A stretch of DNA of 64,000 nucleotides from Klebsormidium nitens. Lineage: Eukaryota; Plantae; Klebsormidiophyceae. The position numbers and the translations under genes are program-made. Location: assembly GCA_000708835.1 (NCBI GenBank), contig DF237047.1:62001-126000 (forward strand), read 5' to 3'. How positions within the stretch are numbered: position 1 is the stretch's first letter; each line of letters starts with the position of its first letter. This document shows, in pieces, positions 37,827-52,000 of the stretch. Below the pieces are notes generated by a model, which saw only the letters and a list, made by a program, of their open reading frames with translations, was not told the DNA's origin and did no database searches.

Positions 37827-40800
37827 TCATCCAAAGTGTAGAAGCTCCACATTATGCTTTTCACCGTCCATAAACGGCGTTCTTCGGCTCGAATGTAGAA
37901 GGGACAACTGCATACAAGACAAAGAAGTCGGTGCTTGCAGCGGAGCTTTCGAGTCCGATTGACTTTTTAAGTGCTGGGGGCTATAAGCGATTGGGAAAGC
38001 GAAGATTAAATCCAGGCGATTGCACAGATGCACAGACTCCCGCACAAAGGTCGTGGTCACAGGGATAAGGAGAAGAGACAAGGGAAGGAAAGATGGAGAC
38101 CGTATGAGCAGGGTCAAACGAGGGAGTATCTTCAACTGAGCTATCTGATTGTGTTCAAACCCAGTCGTGCGCCCTGCTCATGTGCCACCGGATAGCCGTC
38201 GATAAGCTGGCTGCCAGCTCTTCATGCTGACAGCTCTTCGTGCTAAAAAGTTGACAGCTGTCGATATTATCAAAACATCGGCTGCTCTCTACAGCAACGG
38301 ATATTATCGAAACTTGCGAAAGGCGGCATTGTGTCGGATCTTTCGCGTACCTTTCGCCGAGGTTCCGGCTGCCCTGCCTCGCGCCCCTCCAGCAGTTCGA
38401 CGAAGCGGGCCCTGTTTCCAGGGCACCGGTCCGTCGGATCGCTGATGATGGCTTGGCTGTGCGTCCTGCAACGCCACAAGTACCAAGTCAGCAATCCGAC
38501 AGGCTTGATACTTCCGAGTCAAGGCTGAAATGTTACAATCGCATCTCAGATCGTGGATTAATCTAGGCAAAGATGGTTGGAATATGTGTTTCCGACCACC
38601 GAAAGACAACGACACAACTTCGATTTAGCATCACAAACTGGGCAACTCATACTGCAAGTCGCAAGCGTTCAGCAAAAAGGGATCCGCCTTCGAGCCAGCA
38701 ATCAATCCGCAATGTCGGAAGCAGTGAACAGCATTGCATCAAAGAAAAGGAACGCGTTCAATCGGAGAAATGCAACCTGAATAATTGCAAAGAGTTGCAA
38801 GGAGGGATGCTTCTTGAAAGCAGACAATTCACCTTCCACCTCCTAGGGAGGATGTTTCACCAAAAAACGAGCCTTGACCCGAAGTTCATATTGACCAGTC
38901 TCCGTTGATCCGTGTCAGCTATCGCGCGTAGAGCTGGCTTCGACGATGCATAATGAAGTACCGTCAGTCCAAAAGCGCTTGTCGTTGCTAAAGAGAGTCG
39001 TGTCACCGCGCCTCACCCGTCTTTCAAAAGCGTCGGCAGGACGTCGGCAACCTTGGGTACGGACGTCTTCTCGTACAGCACGTCGCACGCCAGCACCTGG
39101 GGACACGTGGCAAAAGGTAGGACACCGTCGGACGAGATCTCTTGAAAAAGGGCTCAAGTCCGTTCGAAAGGAGATACCGGAATCCCCAGTGTGCTTTAAC
39201 TCAGAACGCGAGTGACGGTAGTGATGCAAAGCTTCTCGTGTAGAACGTTGCACGCCAGCACTAATTGACACGTGGCAAAGTTCGGAAGCGATAGGCCGTC
39301 GCCGGCGAGTCGCTTGTAAAACCGCTCGTAGTCCTGAAAGGAACCCCGATTGGGTTTCCACCGAGAATAAGAGTAACGATACGGAGCTGCTTGTACTAAC
39401 AATGCACGCGAGCACCTGCGGACACGTGGCACAAATTCAGACGCTATCAGACGCTGCCACGCACAGTCAGGCCTCGCGGCACTTTCCATCAAAGCAAGCA
39501 GGCTTGTCGTATGTCAAGAGAATCTCTCGGTTGCTCTGAAAGAAGGAACTGTGCCACAAGAATCGACAAGGAGAACCTGGCACCAATCCAGCAAAGCCTT
39601 TATGGCGCAGGAACAACACCGCAACTGCTATCTTCATTGATTCTGGAAGTCTGATCTGGACGAAAAGAACGAGCAACATTGTCAACGGTAAACGACAGAC
39701 AGACGGAAGAGTAGCAAGTAATTGCAGCTATCATGCAAGCCAACTGAGTTCGACGCAAAGAACGAAGCCGAACTACGACGTGAGACAGGTCCACCACAAG
39801 AACACGACGCCTCACCACGTCAAAAACCGCTCTCGACCTACTTTTGTCGCTCCAGTCAAACAGCTCCGCTCTCAACACCGGACCCACCCCCGCTTTTCCA
39901 GGCCCTCCTCCGCTATTTTCCCCTTTCCGAGAACTTTCCCCGCTTACGCTCCCTGTTCGCAACTCTCCTTCGCTTCCCCCCCCCTTTTCTCTACCTTCTG
40001 GCTCATCCCCGCTAGGTTCTGAGAAGGACCACAGGCTCGTGAGGAGCGAATCGGAGAAGGGAAGGGAGTGGTGGAACGCGCCGAAAGTGCCGACGTCGAC
40101 GCCGTTGGCACGGGCGGTCATAAGCGCGCACGCGAGGGCCAGGGGCTCCCGGTCGTATAGGACCACCTGGCAGGGGGACAAATCATCTCGTATTGATCCT
40201 TTTGCATTTACTTAAGGTGAACCGTAATCAGTTGACCGGCCAGATTGAGTCAGTCTTCGACAAAAAAACAGTTACGACGACGACTGTACTTGCCGGCGAG
40301 CAATGTTCCGTCTGCTGAGCTTCGAGAACGTGCAGCTTCGGTACCGAAAGCGACGAAACCAAACGCCCGCAAGTGTTTTCAGCTGATAGTCACTGGAGGA
40401 TTAGGTGGACTTTGAATTTTTGATTGGACAAAGTGGTAATCCGGTCGGACTTGCATATGTTGCTACTTGAACAGACAAGGACAGGCAGGAGAGTTTTAGC
40501 GAGGGACGAGCATCGAAATCTTCTCCGGTGAAGAACACGTTCTCAGGAGTGACGAAGGCTGACAGCGAATACCTGTGCATGTATGGTTATGCGGCATCTG
40601 CGAAGAGAATCTCTTGACACATGAAAGCTGAAAAATGGGACGAGTAGAGGAGTTTCGTACCTCACGAGCTCCTGCCAGAGCCGCAGCCAAGCCACCCAAT
40701 CCTGCAATCGACCGATTTTCAGCACGTCTGAAATTACGATGCAAGAATGGAAAAGCTAAGGAGCAGTCATTCTCAATCCTGATTCAGGCGACTCCATTGC

Positions 40801-42758
40801 AGAATACAGACTATCAGATCAGGGGCATAGATCACAATTCTATCAGATTAGTGGTACCAGAGAAAGTCTCGAAAGAAGCCTGAAATTATAAAAGCTTCAC
40901 AAGATTAGTCATGGGGAGTGCTAGGAAAGTAGATCGCTCACCTACCAAGGCCAGCGCCCAAGTCGCACACAGAGCGCCCCTTCACTAGTTCGGGACGAGT
41001 GGTAATCTGCCATCGCAAAACAAATGTCTTGACAAAATTCGAGATGGAATCAAGGTATTCACATATAAGCAAGAATTCACGGCTAGGTACAGAGTATATG
41101 CATTTTAAATTGTTTTTTATCTAGAACTAATGCAAAAATTCCACAAGATTCGCCATCGTGCTCAAGGATTCGATCCTGGATATGATTCAAATCCATTAGG
41201 AATCTTGTTGAGAGAGTAAGTCATGCGGCCCCGCCAGTGGATTGTTCCAGGCTTGCTGACTTGCTTGTAAAGCCAATCAGGGTCAGGAAAGAAGTAGAAG
41301 AAACCGCACCTCTTCCACTAGAGCTAGTGCAGAAGGCCACAGGCGACACCAGTAGGGGTCCCTATCGAGGCGGTCTGCAAGAGAGAAGTGCAGAAACTCC
41401 ATTTTACACTGGAGCCGAACTTCCAAGTTCTGCAGGCTTGATCTCTCCAAAGCTAGTTGTCCCGACGCGTTCTTCTTTGGCCGACTGAGGGAAGAACAGG
41501 AGCAACTGAGGTTCTGCTTGATGTAAGGTAGAGAAAAGAATGGAAACGGACAAGGGAAGTCTGTCTACGGTGCGCTGACAAGGAAAGAGGAATAAAAAAA
41601 GGTAAAGTTGAGCAGTTTCTGTTCAACACCCACCTTGTTCTATGTACATATCTAGAACTTGGTCCATGGCAGTCGGTTGCACAATGGTGAATGTTCTCCC
41701 TGCAACAGCAATCTGCAAGTGAACACCAAGGATAGACTTAAGACTGGTTCTTTTTAGGTTGCAGTCTGGACAAAAAGTATAGCGTTCTGTTCAAAGAGAA
41801 AGACCACTTGTCACTGAGTCTTGGACTATGGTGTGATGTGAACAAGGGCAAAGATGGGTAGTTGGCCAACTCTAGACTTTCTTGCAGCCAACAAGGTTCT
41901 AACTCAGCAACCATATGACTAACGGTTGTCTGATTCAAAGAGGAGCCATCAACAGCTAACAAACAACTGGAACCAACAGACATCCGTGCCCCCGTGCTTC
42001 TGAGGCTTGCAGGCATCAGAACCAGTGGTGGCCTTGATGAAGTACTCATCAAAGCGTGTAAGTGGACTTTGAGTATTCTGATATCAAGCAATCGGTCGCT
42101 TCGAAACCTGGCAAACCTCTCCAGGTCAGGCCTTCAAACCCCCACCAGCAGAGAGTCGATGAGACTCTCTGCTCATTGGCAAACTGGCCCAGGAAAATGC
42201 ATCAATCTACCAAGAACAGCCTCACAGACTGGAAAGCTATCTGTGAGTTAGGCAACTGCCCCTTGAAACCTCATCAAAACTGACGAGAACCTACTTCAGT
42301 TCTCGCTTTGTAACTCTTACCTCCACTTTCTCAATCTCCAGTTCCTGGAACTCTACTTGATCATCTCCCCCCAGCGACTCTGCTTGCAGACACCCTTGAA
42401 CAACTTCACTGCCCCCACTCAATGCTTGACTACTTACACTTAATCTTCGAGTAGAGTTTCCAGCTTTGATTGGAATGGGCTCGAGCGATCCAGCACTCCC
42501 TGAGTGGTGGTACTGAAAAGGTGATGGCTTTAGTGGTCGAAGGCCGGTGTCATTGACGCACGATGTTTCAACAAAGGACCGCATTGTATGTAAAATACCG
42601 AAGCTTTCAAAACTAGCCTGTCTCCATGGAGTGTGCTGGAAGTAGCACCGGTGCCAAGTTTGCCTCGACAATCCTGCTTGGAGATGACGCCGCACAAAGT
42701 TTAGGGCGCTTTTCATCTCCAATGCCATCATGTCATGGCCCCCACGTAAAGCCATCAT
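37827..42758 (-). CDS. Class I SAM-dependent methyltransferase, family 16 (METTL21/lysine-MTase-like), with N-terminal targeting extension
   Basis: Exons 42758-42321, 41712-41634, 41374-41310, 41006-40946, 40701-40661, 40166-39816, 39096-39017, 38465-38351, 37907-37827 are phase-consistent. Motifs 'DPYWCRLWPSALAL', motif I 'VCDLGAGLGLGGLAAA', 'VVLYDRE', 'FDW' and 'VLACDVLYE'. Start codon uncertain. Confidence 0.85.
39050..39450 (-). repeat. Three-copy degenerate tandem duplication of acceptor + start of methyltransferase exon 7
   Basis: The + strand motif 'GCACGC(C/G)AGCAC....GACACGTGGCA' ends its exon-like part at 39096 (functional), 39261 and 39415. Confidence 0.8.
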
Positions 42759-44174
42759 GAGGTGCCCCCAACCCTGCGAAGAGGGTCTGACTCCTAAAGC
42801 AGCTCCCACCAAGCCGCACCACTTTTCAGTGTCACTTCTGCTCTATCCTGCCACTGCCGCAAGTAGTACATAGGAACGGAGTTGGTAAAGTGTTACCAGC
42901 CATGTGTTACCTAGGCCGGCACTGTCGGCCGCCAGATTGCCGAAGATCCAGTCGTCGCGCGTGCGGTAGCGCGTCATTCAAGATACTTGACCAAAGGACC
43001 GAGCAACCCTATCATGCCCCTCCTCCTCTCTACCGGGCAAAAACTTTAACTAGCAAGCCAGCCTTCCTACATGACAGAACAGTGACCATTTCTCAAGTCA
43101 ACTTCCAAACCGGGGTCTGAACGAGCAACAGCACTGAAGCCCCACCGAAGCTCGCCTTAACCGTGATCGAGCTGACCCTCAGAAACCATCTGGTTGTGTG
43201 CGGCTGGCTAACCCTTAACCAAAAAGCTGCAGATTGTCACTGAGGAGAGCAGAGCGCCCGGGGTGTCAAATTGGCCCACAGGTGCTGACGCACCTTGCGC
43301 GTAAAGTAGCATGTGAACACTTTTACAACTCCGTTCTTTGACCTTTTTGCGCCACTGCCACTGCCACTGGTTTGCTGGCCGACATCCTCCATTCTCCTCT
43401 TCCCTGCCGGTTAAGACTAACCGGGCTCATCGAACCTCGATCCGGTCTCCAGCTCACAGCAGCGCTGCTTAGATAACCGGGACCGTTAACCAGGTAAATA
43501 AAGTGGAACCGTCATGCAGCTCGACCCAAGGCTTGAAGCTCCTCTCGTTGTCTCAATCACCATCTCAGGTGGGCGCCTGCACTGCTGCAGACTTGAACAG
43601 CCAGCTCATTGGGCAAATTTGTGCATTCTTGAGGAGCTCGTGTGCTTAGAAAGCTGCTTGTGCTTAGGAGTATTTCCATGATAGCGAGGCGATAAGGGGC
43701 GAAGGGCGCCAGAGTCTTCACCCTGCATCTGCTTACAATCCAATCTGGGGAAACACTTCTGAGCTCATGGAATAGGGGTGACGCTGCGAGGGCGCAAACT
43801 GCTTCGCTTGTCCTCCGGTTTGGTGAATATTAGTCAGCACCGTAGAGCACCCTTCCTTTACCACCTCCAGTCCGGCATTGACCATCGTGTAATGTGGCTT
43901 GGGACGGGTTTACTTGAGGGGTAAGTCTGGTATGCTATCATTTCGTCCCCCCAAAGTACCTGCACTTGAGTAACCAAAGTGCGTGGCATCATACCTGGAC
44001 ATCAGTTTTCAAAGCCGCCGTCCGCTCATCCTGCTGATTTCTGGTTGTGCTATCAAGATTGAAGTCAGAAATACAAAGGGTGCTGTCGCATTCTGAACTC
44101 TTTGCCTTCCAGAAACCTCAAGCTCATGTCCTCTTTGGACCCTGCAGATGATCTCATGGTGAAACACCACCAGG

Positions 44175-47100
44175 ATGGCCGCCAGTCAAGCCAGGTTTAT
44201 GAGCACCCGCACTCTTCTCCCTCCAACTCTCATAAGGGCTCCCTGCGGTAGCCACCTTGCAAGCAGCCCTTCAGCCCTTCAGCCCTTCAGACCCCTCTTC
44301 TTCCGCAAGCTGGGGGAGGGGCTTTGTTCTTGGGGACTCGCTCAGAACACTGTCGTGTGCCCCTCAAACGATGTTACAAGGCCGCCGAAGCGGCGGCCTA
44401 GGAGAGGGAATCCGTGTCCGGCGGTTGCGGCGCAGGAGGCTCCCCAGACTTCCAAGCCCCGTTTTGATGGCTCAGTATTTGGAGAGGAGTACAGCTGGGC
44501 AGGCGGAAAAGAAGTGGGGCCGTTTCTTGAGAGGGGTCCAAGGGGCAGGGGTTCGGCGGGGGCGAAGTTTGAAGTGCAGAGGAGACGTTGGGAGGGGGTA
44601 ACAACGCTAAGAGCGGAGGCGAGGCGGGCAGTTCTGGAGGTGGGGGTTACAGCGGAAGGGGAGGGTTTGCGAGAAAGGAAGTTGGGCCGGCTGCAAAAGC
44701 TGCTTGAGGTAGAGATGGTGGGGGAGGGGGAAGATGAGGAAGAGTCTGGGGGGCCCACTCTGGCTGAGGCCTTTACACTGGCCCAGAGGCGGGTGTCAGA
44801 AGAAGCGCCGGGATTGCGGGAAGAGGTCACGGGACAAAGCCAGAAAGGGAGGGGCTTGAGAGGCGGGGTGAGGCAGAAGTCTGGCAAGAGTAGCACAGCT
44901 GAGAAGGAGTGGAGTCAAGAGCGTCGGAAAGGTCCCCATCAACAGCTGCAGGAGAAGGTTGCTTCCACGATGCCACCTGTCAGCTTGACAGAGGAACAGC
45001 CCGCGGATGGGACGGAGCGCGGTGCTTTGCTAGGGGCGAGAGACAATCCGGCGATCGTAAAGAAGAACAGAGCCTTGCTGGAAGCGAGCCTGGCGGAGCG
45101 CTTGGACATCGACTTGGGCGTGGAAGAAGACATCGAGGGTGCCCTTGACCGTGACCTAGCCGCCCTCTTTACGGTGACCGCCGCGAGAGGAGAGAGTGGC
45201 CCCTTGGGGGGTCCCTCAGACAGCGGTTCTCTCCTGGGGGGGAAGGTTCGAAGACCGATGGAGTCCTTGGAAGAACTCTCCGCGGATCGAGGGTCTGGCA
45301 GGAAGAACTTCGGCCCGTCTGTTCAACACCGGCCCTCCCGAACACTCGGTGAAGGCTCCAGCCCTCAGACCTTGACGTCGTTTTTGAAGGGCGGTTGGGT
45401 CAGCAAGCAACGGGAGCCTTCGACCGAACAGAACGAGTCTGAACCTACTCCTAGGGGGTGGTTTTCTGAGCCGGACGAACCCCCCCAGGACTCGAGCGCT
45501 GCCTTGGACCCCCTCCTTGATGTTTTAGAAGACGCCTCCGCTGCAAAAGCGCGCATCTCGACCCCCCTCCACCAGCGAACTTACAAGACGCAGCACGTTC
45601 TGAAAAGGCGCCAGCAAAAGGCCCTGTCAGCCTCCGACGAGGACGAGGCTTTGCTGCGGCAGCCCTGGGAGGTCAAGGAGCCCCGGCCAGAAACAGGGCT
45701 TCCCGTTGGGCTGGAGCTGTTCGCTGACGACCGAGTGACGTCACCAGAGGTTCGAGTTGAGGCGTTCGAGCCGAAGCACGACAAAAAGCCTGGGGGCGCA
45801 CGGCAGTGGCAGCCGAACAAGCGCAGGCTGTATTACGCCCAAAAGTTTGCGGACCGCTGGGGAGGGGGGGACACGCCTGCGGTCGAGACCCCCCCCAAAG
45901 CGGCTGAAATTTCGGGGGGCAAAATGGAGAAGCGTCCAGTCGAAGAAAACCACTTCTTGTTCCCCCCCCTGCCGCGGCCAGTGCCGCACGAGATCGTGAA
46001 TCGGAAGAAGGTGGAAACGATGCCGGTTGGGTCGTTCCGTTCGGTTCCGCCGAAGCAACGGAAAGTGCTGCCAATAAGAGAAGCGGCGGGGATTAGTCGG
46101 GGCTTAGGCGGCCGGTTGGTGGTTCCAGACACAGGGAGTAGCGCAGTGACGTCAGAGATGAGGGAGGAGGCGAGGCGGGACGTGTTGCAGCGGTTGTTGG
46201 TTGCAGCAGAAGGGGATGTGAACCATGTGAGGAAAATCTCCTCTGGATTCTGCTTCGTTCAGAGGAGAGGGAATGCTATAGACTGGCTGGGAGTACTCTA
46301 TACTCTCTTGCAGAGCTTTTCCAGCAATTGTTCTTGAATGTAGCGATTGCTTGCGTTGAGTCTGCTGTGAGCACACACTTCGTCGAGGCAGCACGGTTTA
46401 TGCTCCCCCCGAGGTTTTCAAGCTGGTCCCAACGGAAAGGCATTTGGGAGCGTCAAGTGGGTGGACTTTACTGACGCAATCCGTGCGATTGTCCCATGTT
46501 CGTGCTCAGCAGCTCAAAGCTTCCAACCTTCTCGTCAAGTCATGATAAGACAGGCTGTCAAACGGGCCTCGATCAGGCATATCCGCCGAGTCGACCGAAC
46601 CAGGCTTCGCAACTTATCACTTAGTTGTTGTTGCTGACCCAGCTTCTTCCTTTTCAGGTTCTCGACGAAGTCGCGTCTTTGCTTCACAGCAAGGACGTCA
46701 CATTTCTGCTGCACGAGTTAAGCACCCGGGGTAATACTAACCGGGCACTCGACGTCCTTCGCTGGGCAGAAAAGGCACCCAGAAAATTGTCCCGACTACG
46801 TCCGGGGGCCGCAGCTTACGCGACAGTGCTTCAAGGCCTGGTTCGTGAAGGAGACGCGAAGAGGGCGGCGGACTTTGCCATCTTTACCAGAGCCCGGGGG
46901 ATACCACCGGGAAAAAAATTGTGGGGTTTGCTGCTAACCGCGCTGGCGGGTCAGGGCGAACACGGGAAGGTTTGGGAGGTTCTGGACCGGATGCAAAAGC
47001 GGGGGCAGAATTTGGACGGGCGGGCTTGGCGGGGTTTGATAAGCACGTGCGCTCGAGGGGATAAGCGATTGGCGAAGAAGCTGGTGAGCAGGGTTATGGA

Positions 47101-47590
47101 GCTGGCGGACCGAGGGGAGGTTAAGCTAACCCGATTCGATTATGAGGAGATTGTCGGTGCGTGCAGCGGCGCGGGCTTACTTGACGAGGCTCTGACTTTG
47201 GTAGAAACGATGGAGACCGAGGGGTTTAGGGTCGGTGCTGACGTGTACGGAAAGGTCATGTGCACAATGTCAAAAGCGGGTCAACATAGCGAGGTTTTAG
47301 AGATGTACAGGAGAGCGTGTCAGGAATCGCAGGGGTCAATTTACGTGCACAACGCCGCGATCCGATCGGTGTGCTGCCTAGGCCGCCAACTAGAGGCGAG
47401 AGAAGTAGTGCAGCGCATGCTAGTCAGCGGCATCAGGCCGGATGTAGTTACTTACAACACGATCATTAGTTCGTTGAGCCGGTCGCACCGGCAGGAGGAA
47501 GCGTTAGAAGTGTTAGAAGAGATGCAGCAGCAGGGCTGCCAGCCCACACCGTTAACGTTCAAGGCACTCGGCAGCGGTCGGGAGCCTTAA
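44175..47590 (+). CDS. P-class pentatricopeptide repeat protein (~994 aa) with transit peptide and long disordered N-terminal region
   Basis: Exons 44175-46226 and 46658-47590. Exon 2 has about seven tandem ~35-aa PPR-like motifs, e.g. 'GIRPDVVTYNTIISSLSRSHRQEEALEVLEEMQQQGCQP'. Confidence 0.88.
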
Positions 47591-49078
47591 GTCGGCGCTC
47601 GACAAGACTACTGTAGACTCGGACACAGGTGTAAACCAATCCAAGAGTCAGTTGGCTCAGTGAACTTACGATACACATGGTCCAAGTGTATATGCATAGA
47701 GTAAACATCTGCTGGCATGTGGCATGTGCCATTGGCGTGCGACAACTTATGTCGTGCCTGCCAACCGAACTATAGTCCGCGCGGCATCGTACGTTGAACA
47801 TGCAAATGATGAGTCAGGGCATGCATCCTCAATGCAGGCAAAATCATGCTAGCTAAATGATCGTGAATGCATTGCAGTGCTGCTCGATCTTCGAGTGGGC
47901 TGCTGAAACATGAGTGACGCCGACCATGTGCACGATATAGAAATTCGAGAAATTAGTATGAACGAATTGTCATGCAAAACGCGTCGTCACTTACATAAGC
48001 TTCAATATAGCGGATTAGCGCGCCGGTTTGCAACAGTGCCATTGGATTGACAGCTAGAATATAGCGCTGGCAGGACATGGCGGATCAGATTTCTACCCTA
48101 TGCGGAAATGCACCTTGATGATATGGACTGATCATCGATTTGTGCGCACCCAGCATCGAGGCCATGCAGCTGTTTAGACACTTTCCAGAACATGTGCCAT
48201 TGCACTGGCTGACACAACCGTGACTTTGCACCTTCCTTTGTACCATCCGGACATTGCACTCTTCGTTCATGAACCTGACCTTTAAATAGCTTGAAGCCCA
48301 GCAAGTTGACCTGAGTTGACGAAACGAAATGCGGTATCCTTCAAAAGCAAAATGCATGTCAGTACAGATCGATAAATACAAGTGATCAGGTGGACAGTTT
48401 GTCTCCGACATGCAGAGTCTGACCTGACTACTCCGCACACAACTCTAAATCTCACAATAAATGAACCTTCCTGCCTAAAGGTGTTCAGAGCAACCTGCGA
48501 ACAGTGGACCAGTGATCGCAAATGAAAACAGTCTAAACTGGGCGAACAAATTACAGGTGTCGAGTTGGCGGGAATAGACTCCGATTTCTCGAAACCCGTT
48601 CTGTGACTAAGTAGTAGCCGTCACGCTGGTGGCCTGCACAAAGAACAACATCAACTCAACAATCAACTCACGTCGCGTTTGGTAAAAGACATTCTGCAGT
48701 GATGGATGAAAGCAATCCAACATAGTCTTGTCGAGGTTCCAGCCTCCAGCCAAACAAATAGCAATCGAAAGTGAGCTGCGTACAGCAACGAGTCCAATCA
48801 ACCACAAGCTCAGGATAAAGAATTGACAAACCTTGTCATCGCACCCACGATACAGGAATCGGAAGCATCCTTCACGCATAAACCTGTCTGATCAGGGTTT
48901 TACTCTCTTCTATTTTCGCTTTTCGTTTGCAATCGAAATTCAGCGGAGCCACTGTGAAGATCAAACGCCGAGAATAAGAGAAACTCCTCGCAACAGGACG
49001 TTAAGACATGCACCGTCTCAAGACTTCACGCACTTAACGCCAATCTCAAGTCCATCGGCTATCCTCCGCTAGCGTACC

Positions 49079-52000
49079 TTACGCCCCGGCCACATTGTCC
49101 ACCTCCTCCGAGGCCCTGTCCCGCTCGCCCCTGCTCCGCCCCAAACTGTTCTCCCGGGACAAGCTCCCGGACGCGCCCTCCCGAACAAGGCCCGCCGTTC
49201 TTCGTTGCGAAGAACTGCCGTCGACGAACGCTTTCAGCGGGCCGCTACCCCCCTCGCTGGTGTCGGAGGAGGAGCGGCGTCTCCGGGGGGGTCCCTTTGG
49301 GCTGCTAGCCTGGAAGGGGGACGGGGGGGAGGGGCCCTGCCTGCCACCTGGGGGGGTGGAGATGAAGAGGTAGAAGCCTTAGATGATGGGGGGGTATGGA
49401 CAATACAAGACTTTAGATGGGGGGTAAACGACAAACCCGAGACGGCCCTTTGGGCTGCTCGCCTGGAAGGGGGAGGGGGGAGAGGGGCCCTGCCTGCCAC
49501 CTGGGGGGGGAGGAGAAAAGACTTTTAGATGGGGGTTTAGCGGCGTCTGGGGGGGATCCCTTGAGCTGCTCGCTTGGAAGGGGGACGGGGGGGAGGGGCC
49601 CTGCCTGCCGTCCGGGGGGGAAGTGTGCGAGAATGATGAGAATCAGGGGGCCAATTTTCGGCCGGGGGGGGAAATGAGAGAAGTTAATTGAGGGGACAAG
49701 GATCAACCAAGTCAATTTGAGGGGGGAAAGAATGGCGAAGGTGGAAAGCTTTGAGCCGGAAATGAATCTGAGACAGATTGAGAAACGGTTCAATGCTGTC
49801 TTCATTTGAAACTGGGCTTATCAGGAGTGCGTAGCAGAAGCCAATGGGCGTGACTCGCTTCACCCTGCCCGACTCTACAACATGATCTATAAAGGAGCAC
49901 TTTCTTCGGACTTTGACTGTGGTTCGACATGCACAGCGACGCTCGCAAAGAAGAAGAGGAACGCAAGGAAGGAAACAGAATTCACAAGCAAGCAAAAAGC
50001 AAGTTCCTGAGCTGAACGGATTGCTCCCCCCTGCGTTAACACTTTCAGAAAAGCCGAGTCTTTCAAAGTCTTGACTGTGATTGGACGAGTGGAAAAGAGG
50101 CTCGCAAAGACAAGATCGAGAAAACAACGGGAACAGGAGAAGAGCAGAGGGGATACTAAGCAAGCAAAACGCTGGACGGAACGCTGCCCCCCTGCTCCAA
50201 CACCCAAGAGAAGTCGGTTTTTCGGAGCGCAAAAGACTGTACTCGACGAGCGCCAAAGAGGTCCGCCGAAACAAAATCAAGCGAGTGCAAAGGGGCCCCA
50301 GATGAAGCAAAGAGAAAGAGAAGCGCGAGCGAAAAAGCTGGTGGCTGGGCTGCACGGGACGCTTCCCCCCTGCTCCAACACTTTCAGAGGAGTCGGCTCA
50401 TTCGCCTTGACAGTTTCGACGAGCGAAAGAGGCTCACAGAAAACGAAAAAGACGCTCACAGACTCAGAGAAGTCAGAGCTTCCTCGTCTAGGAGCGGGAA
50501 ATAGCAGAGGGAAAAAGTAAGCAAGCAAAACGGTCGTACCTGGACTGGACGGAACGCTTCCCCCCTGCTCCAACACTTTTCAGAAGTCGATTCTTTCTGG
50601 GGCCTTGACTGTATTCAACGAGCGCAAAAGACGCCCATAGGAGCAGAATAAAGTGATCACAAATGAAGCAGAGGGAAACAGAAAAGCGAGCAAAAAAGCG
50701 TACCTGGACTGGACAGAACGCTGCCCCCCTGCTCCAACACTTTCAGCGCCCGCTCCGCCTGTTCCCTCGCCTCGGGGGTTGCCCCCGACCCGGCTCTCGC
50801 CACGTCCAACAACCCCTGCATCGCCCCAGTTCCCAAAAATACGCTCATCTTATTGGGCGAATGTCCCGCCGCCAAAATCCTCAATACCCCCGCCGCATAC
50901 TCCTGCGCGCGCGGCGACGTCCCAACTTCCGCGCTCCGTAAAAGTCTCGCGAGCCCAGAAACCGCGCCCGGCTCCTCGAAAATCGCCGCCTTGTTTTCGG
51001 CGTTTCCGGCCGCTAAATTCCCGAGCGCGAGGACCGCCTCTTCCTTCGCGCCCGTGTTGACCGCCGCGCCCGGTTCCGGGTTGAGAACCCGCACTAACCC
51101 GGTGATTAACCCGGGTTCTGCCGCGAGCAGAATCTTGTTCTCCGCGTTGCCCTGCGCGAGATTCCCGATCGCATACGCGGCCCATTCCTGCGCCTTTGCG
51201 TTCGCGCCCGACCGCGGCGCGAGCAGTTTTACGAGGCCCCCCGACGCGCCGGCCTCGCCCGCGATCGCGCGCTGATTGTCGGGGTTTCCAGCCGCGAGAT
51301 TGCCGAGCACGAGCGCGCAGTTTTGGCGGAGGCCCGGGGACCTCTCCCGGGAGGAACGTAATATGCGAACTAGCATGGGGATTGCGCCCGGTTGGGATGC
51401 GATGGCGATCTTGTTTTGGGCGTTGCCCGCGGCGAGGTTGCCGAGAGCCCAGGCAGCTTGCTCTGCAGCACCTGCAGAGGACCAAAAAAGGGTGTGTAAA
51501 GCGTTTAAATGGCACTACGAAGTTATTGCTGGGCTCAGGCGGGCTAAGCGGAAAGTGCGGAATTGGCACGATGACCAACTGCGACTTGGACGTGGGCGTA
51601 CAATGGTCCAGTGTATCCAATCTGAACCTGTTGCATTGTTTGCAGAAGCCGACCCGACTTTCATGAGCCGCGAGGAAGGGGCATCCGGTCGACTTCGCAA
51701 GGCTCCACGCACCCCTCATGTCAGAAATTCGGAAGAAACAAAATCAAACTCGCAGAAACTATGGCGGGAGTGCCTCAGTTGTTCGACTTCCCACGAAGAG
51801 ACTACTGCAACAGCTAGTGCGGACTAACGAAACTACATCAACGGAATTATACGGACGTACCTTGCGCCTTGGTCACAAAGTGGCTTGCAAGCGGCTTTAC
51901 CGAGCACAATCACCAAGACTTATGGTACATCGCGAATTTTAAGGGCACCTTTATACTGGGTCCTATTAAATAGCCCTTCTTGCAGCAAAAGTGCGCGCCA

